This document shows, in pieces, positions 58,304 through 64,000 of a stretch of DNA of 64,000 nucleotides. The translations under genes were made by a program, and so were the position numbers. The notes below the pieces were generated by a model. That model searched no databases. It was not told where the DNA came from and saw only the letters and a list, made by a program, of their open reading frames with translations. The DNA comes from Mobula hypostoma (Eukaryota). Position 1 is the stretch's first letter, and each line of letters starts with the position of its first letter. The stretch is taken from contig NC_086097.1 of NCBI RefSeq assembly GCF_963921235.1, positions 99,574,001 to 99,638,000 on the forward strand, written 5' to 3'.

Positions 58304-58734
58304 TTCGAGCTGATGAAGCAGAGCTTCGGGAAACACACCTGCCACGAGAGACAGAGAGAAAGAAAGCAAAGAAAACCATGTGTCTGGAGGCAGAGACAAG
58401 CTGGGGCTGGGAAGCGTGACAGAAAGCTCAGGTGATCACATTCCTCACATCTGACTGCAGCCAATGGGAAACACGAGCACAGGGTAAGATCTTGTAGGGA
58501 CCTGCTGCTTTTCTGTAACAAATGGTGGCTGTCAGAGCGCAAATAATCAGACAAGCAGCACTCAGGCTCTGAACTGAAGAAACTGCAAAGCTGCAAATGG
58601 GCTAGACCGAAGAGGTGACACACTACAAGGGACCTCCTGAATCTGCTGGTAAACTCTCAGGAAAACCCCATAAATACAACACCATCCTAGAAATACTGAC
58701 ACACTAGAGGCATTGACAGATATAATTATTCAGT

Positions 58735-60770
58735 TACACAGCATGGAAAACAAACCCTCTGGCTTGACCCATCCACGTTGACTAAGTTGCCTACTTGAGC
58801 AAGTCCACTCCCTCAAAACCTTTCCAATGACATCCCCTGTCCAAACGTCTTTTAAATATTATAATCGTACCCACCACCAATCACTTCCTCTGGCAACTCG
58901 CTCCATATAATCGCCACTCACTGTCTGAAAAAGTTTTCCCTCAAATCCCTTTTAAATCTTTCCCCTCTCATTTTTAAGCTATGCCCTCCAGGTTTGGACT
59001 CCACTACCCTGGGGGAAAAGACTGTGGCCATTCACCTTATCCGCACCCCCAAATGTTTTTATAAACCTCCATAACGTTGCACTTCAGTCTCCAATACTCC
59101 AGAGGAGAAAAAGTCCCAGCTCCTTCAGCCTCTTCTCATAACTTGAACCCTCCAGTGCCAGTAACATCCTCATCAATCATTTCTGCATCCTTTCCAGTTT
59201 AATGACATCTTCCTGAAGCAGGGTGACCAGAACACAATAGTTCAAACGTGGCTACAAGGTTTGTGTGATTGTAACATGGCATCCCGACTCCTGTACTCAG
59301 TGTCCAGATTGACGTAGGCCAGCATGCCAAATGGCTTATTCACCATCCTGTCTACCTGGATTGCCACTTTCAAGCTACTATGCACCTGCACCCTTGTGTC
59401 TCTGTTCTTCCACATGCCCCACACTCTGTGATTTGCTGTGTATCTCCTACCCTGCTTTGCCTTACCAAAATGCAGCTCCTGGCATTTATCTGAATTAAAC
59501 TCCATCTGCCGTTCCTTGGCCCATTTGCCAAGTTGATACAGATCCCATTGTAATCTAATTCACGGTCCACTATACCACAAATTTTAATGCCATCCACAAA
59601 ATTACTAACTATGCACCCCACATTCTCATCCGAGTCATTACTATAGATGATAATTATTAGGCAGGAGGGATTAGTCTATTTGGCCATTTGATTACTAATT
59701 GGTTCAGCACAACGTCATGGACATTATGTTTCACCGTACAGTTTTGGTCACCCTGTTATGGAAAAGATGTGGTTAAGCTGGAAAGAATGCAGTAAAGATT
59801 TATGAGGATGTTGCCAGGACTAACAGGCAGGGTACCTAGGGTAGAGAAGTCCAAGATGAGGGGGTATAGGTTTAAAAGGGACCTGAGGGCAATTTTTTCA
59901 CGCAGAGTGTGATGAATGACCTGCCAGAGAAAGTGTCTGAGGTGGGTACAATAGTAGGCTTTAAGAAGGTTTGGTGCATTGAGGGGTGGAGGGAAATGAG
60001 ACAAATGCAGGAAATTTGGACTAGCTGGGTTTGCATGGGCTGATTGAGCTGAAGAATCAGCATTCATGCTGCACTGGTCTATGACTATATAAAATCTGCC
60101 AGTCTCAAATATTCCGGCACTCCCTTAGGGAGCCCTCCACCCCTCTAACACAGACACACACCCAGGAGTCCATCCTGGACACCGACACAATCCAAGGGAC
60201 CCCTTATACAAACAGACACCATCCCATTATAGGAATGGTTAACTGGTCGCCTCTTTATCGAAGGATGTAGGGGCTTTGGAGAGGGTGCAGAAGAGGTTTA
60301 CCAAGATGCTGCCTGGATTAGAGGGCATGTGCTATAAGGAGATGCTCGACAAACTTGGGCTGTTTTCTTTGAAGTGGTAGAGGCTGAGGGGACACTTGAA
60401 GGAAGTATGTAAAATTACAAGAGGCATAGACAGACAACTGGTACCTTTTACCCAAGATTGAAATGTCTAATACTGGAGGACATACATTTAAGATGAGTGG
60501 GACAAGTTCAAAGGAGATGTGCAAGAAAGTTTTTTTACACAGAGATTGGTGGGTGCCTGGAATTCGCCTCCTGGGGTGGTTGCGGGGGTAAATATGATAG
60601 AGGCATTCAAAAGGCTCTTAGATAGCACACGGATGTACAGACAATGGAGGGATATGGACATTGCACAAGCAGAATGGGTTAGTTCAGTTACGTATCTAAT
60701 TACTAGTTTAACTAGTCTGGAACAGCACCATGGGCCAAGGGGCCTGTGAATGTGCTGTACTATGCCAGAA
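58735..60770. mobile_element. Cluster of decayed CR1 3' fragments in both orientations
   Basis: MEFNSDKCQELHFG (59242-59505, minus); QESFFTQRLVGAWNS (60519, plus); similar remnants at 55540-56150. Confidence 0.65.
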
Positions 60771-62314
60771 AGCTATGTGCTGATAGCTGAATTCAAAATA
60801 CAATTGATGGATGACTAGAGTTGCAGTATTACTGGCTTTGTTCCCTGCAAAACCCCTGCCAACCTGCCCTTTGTTACTCCCACATTCTCCCCACAACCCA
60901 TGCCTCATCCTCACTGCTGACGTTCCCCACAGCCATGTTCTAACCCTGCAGTCTCTCATGAAACAGCTACAGAGGTTTTCCCTCTGTCTGCATTGTCTTA
61001 CCCTTAGCAAACAAGTCAAGCAGAGTTTTGCAAATCTCCTGCAGACTGCAGCACAGGTATTTAGTTTGGCCGGAACTTAAAGCCCAGCCTCCCACAACCC
61101 CAAACTGCACTCACATAACTTTGGAATCAAGCACTAATATTTTTCTCTCATTTGCAACGGAATTCAGAGGAAAGAGAAAGTGTACTTACCACCTGACAGT
61201 AGGTTATAAGAGTGTGCTCTGGGTGTGTGTGGAAGGCCCACTTTGCTGGCTTGCAGCATGTCTCTGCTTGTTCAAACACTCAGCAAGTGGAGCTTACTCT
61301 CAGGTGCGATGGCTTGGCAACGGATTCGCCCATGAGTAGGAGTTTCTTTGCAAGCTGTATTACCTTTTCTTCAACCATGCAGTGAGTCAGCTGGAGCTGT
61401 CGTACTTGTGAATGAGTTGGTCAGAATCTCTCCTGTCAGATCTGCTCACTCTTCACTTCAGCATGCCAGAGCCCGTTCCCCCAAGGCTATTTGGCATTTG
61501 TAAAGGTATACAGCCAGGATATTCAACAACAAGGGGTGCCACACCTGAACTAAAACCTTCTTTAATTAATGCCTGCATGCTTCATCATTCCAGTGGATGA
61601 CATTGCAACCTTAGACAAAGAGGTACTGAGCCCAACAGAGTGTTCCAAGAAATGAAACTCGGGTCACTTCACGGATTCAAGCCACTACAAGACAGGTATA
61701 TTGTAAAGCTGATTTGCAAGGGTTTAATTTTAAAGATTTGCAGTAGGACATTCCCAGGCATTGTTTCATCTGCTGCTCACTGCCTTGTAACTCTGGAAAC
61801 AGGGCAACATGCAGTAATAGAGGAGAGCTCTATACCAAAAATAAAATGCAGGAAGGAAAGCAGAAAATTATAAACATTTCCTGCATTCAGACAACAATTT
61901 GATTCCAATTCTTCTCATTGTTTGTTGACTGCTAATGTCAAGCTGACTTCATAAATGTTTTCAGGGCACATTAAAAAGTATCAGTGTCTGTTTCAGTGGT
62001 AGTTCAGCTACAAAGCCCATTGTTCCTGATTTGTAAACAATAACCAGTAACTCCCATGGTCAGTCTGGGAAAGGGAGAAGGCTGGGCCTGTTTTCGGTCA
62101 CCATACAATCTCTACCATAATCAGCCTGGGCTTAACCCCTTTAATGTCACACTGACCCACAGACAGCTTAATCGCAGTTCCTAGTCACCCCACAGTGACC
62201 TTGGTTAACTCACCTGAAACCCACAGTGATATTCGTCACCTTACAGAGACTGTGGTCACCTCAGATTGACCCTCGACAGTCACTCCACACTGACCATGAC
62301 TATGCCACAGTCAT

Positions 62315-62655
62315 CCCCTGGTGGGAGTGTCCAAGACCAGAGGACACAGCCTCAACATAGAGGGGTGTCCTTCTAGAACGGAGGTGAAGAGGAATTTCTT
62401 CAGCCAAAGAGTGGTGAATCTGTGGAATTCTTTGCCACAGGCAGCTGTAGAGGCCAAGTTTTTATGTATATTTAAGACAGAGGTTGATAGATTCTTGATT
62501 AGTCAGGGCATGACGGGATACGGGGTGGGAGGGAGAGGCAGGAGTTTTGGGGCTGAGAGGAAAATTGGATCAGCCATGATTGAATGGTGGAGCAGACTCA
62601 ATGGGCCAAATTGCTTAATTCTGCCCCTATATCTTGTGATCTTATGGTCTTATCA
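62315..62655 (+). mobile_element. CR1 3' fragment
   Basis: SKTRGHSL...KRNFFSQRVVNLWNSLPQAAVEA; tail tcttatggtcttat. Confidence 0.8.
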
Positions 62656-63249
62656 CCGACTTCATGTGTGCATGAGTGTGTACCCACAAAAACATTCTGA
62701 GCCTTCCCCAACCAAAAACCCTGATGAAAGGCCACTGCAAGAATGAAGAGGTAATTCCGGACTAAAGTTGGAATCACAGATAAACACTGGTCAGCAGTGG
62801 CAGATTTTGCACAATATGACTTCCCACAGGCTTGATCGGTCAGCATAACTGGCAACAACCCATCCTTCCCAGATGAGCTCAGTGCATTTAAAGCAAGCTT
62901 TGATAGGGAGAACTATGACACAGCCACATGAGCTCCTGTTTCTCCAGATGAGCTGGCAATGGTTCCCCGGTACAATAAGATGGACTCTTGACCTCACAAT
63001 CTTGCACTTTACTGTCTGCTTGCATTGCATTTACTCTGCAGCTATTACACTTTATTGCGAATTCTGTTACTGTTTTACCTTACACCACCTCAATCCACTG
63101 TGATCAAAACAAGCTCAGTACATACAACAATAATAAACCAATTCCAATAATCTCAGTCCCTGCAGATGTCATCCAAGCAACCTTCAAGAGAATGAATCCA
63201 CAAAAGACATTTGGTCCAGATGGTTTACATGGTTGAGTACTAAAGATCA

Positions 63250-63760
63250 GTGTGGACCTATAGACAAACTTCAGTAGATGTGTGGTGGAGAGTTTATTGG
63301 CTGGCTACATTACAGCCTGATATAGAAACACCAATATGCTTGAATGGAGATCTTACAAAAATTCGTGGATGTGGCCCAGTCCATCACAGGTAAAGCCCTT
63401 TCCGCCATTGAGTACATTTACATGGAGCAATGTCACATGAAAGCAGCAAATACCACCAGGAACAACTACCACCCAGAACACACTCTCCTCTCACTGCTGC
63501 CATCAGGAAGAAGGTACAAGAGCCTCAGGGCTCAAACCACCAGGTTCAGGAACAGTAATAACCCATCAACCATCAGGATCTTAAACCAGAGGGAATAACT
63601 GCCCTATCACAGAACTGTCCCCACAACCTATGGACTCACTTTCAAGGCCTTTTCATCTCATATTCTCAATGTTTATTGCTAATTTATTTATTATTATTTT
63701 CTTCTTTTGTTTTTGCACACTGGTTGTCTTCCCTATTGGGTGAAGTTTTTCATTGATTCT
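63250..63760 (+). mobile_element. Rex1/Babar-like 3' fragment
   Basis: ILQKFVDVAQSITGK...HPEHTLLSLLPSGRRYKSLR; homologous to 810-1154. Confidence 0.75.
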
Positions 63761-64000
63761 AAAGTTCAAAGTTCAAAGTAAATTTTATTATCAAAATACA
63801 TATATGTCACGATATACAACTCGGAGATTAATTTTCTTGTGGGCATACTCAATAAATCTATAGAATAATAACCATGGTCAGGGCATCAAAGGACATGGCG
63901 AAAAGGCAGGTGTTTGGAGTTGAATAGGATCAGCCGTGGTGGAATGGCGGAGCAGACTTGATGGGCTGAATGGACTAATTCTGTTCATAGAACATAGAGC

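Noticed and set aside
62715..62750. CTGATGAAAGG as another hammerhead
   Set aside because: No correctly placed GAAA, stem II or stem I pairing.

Overview
Repeat-rich vertebrate genomic DNA. The transposon complement (CR1, Rex1/Babar-like, Penelope, V/HE1-type SINEs) suggests a cartilaginous fish; this is inference. The one clear host gene is a complete minus-strand group II p21-activated kinase, PAK6-like: 8 coding exons from ATG 58303 to TGA 19624, 2031 nt, 676 aa, with canonical GT-AG junctions and consistent phases. Catalytic motifs are intact, but the pseudosubstrate (RRPKP to KQPKP) and the Gly-loop (GEGSTG to GEGSTC) are altered. Introns and flanks hold two young Penelope-like elements with 13-bp TSDs and minimal hammerhead ribozymes (one intact and sense to the PAK pre-mRNA), a 5'-truncated L1-type LINE, solo LTRs, a decayed Gypsy element, nested CR1/Rex insertions, a Tc1-type MITE and several large minisatellites. 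The most striking oddity is a ~41-copy 30-bp minisatellite whose unit is the exon 4/intron 4 junction itself, i.e. a tandem array of 5' splice sites. All calls were read by eye; no searches were run.
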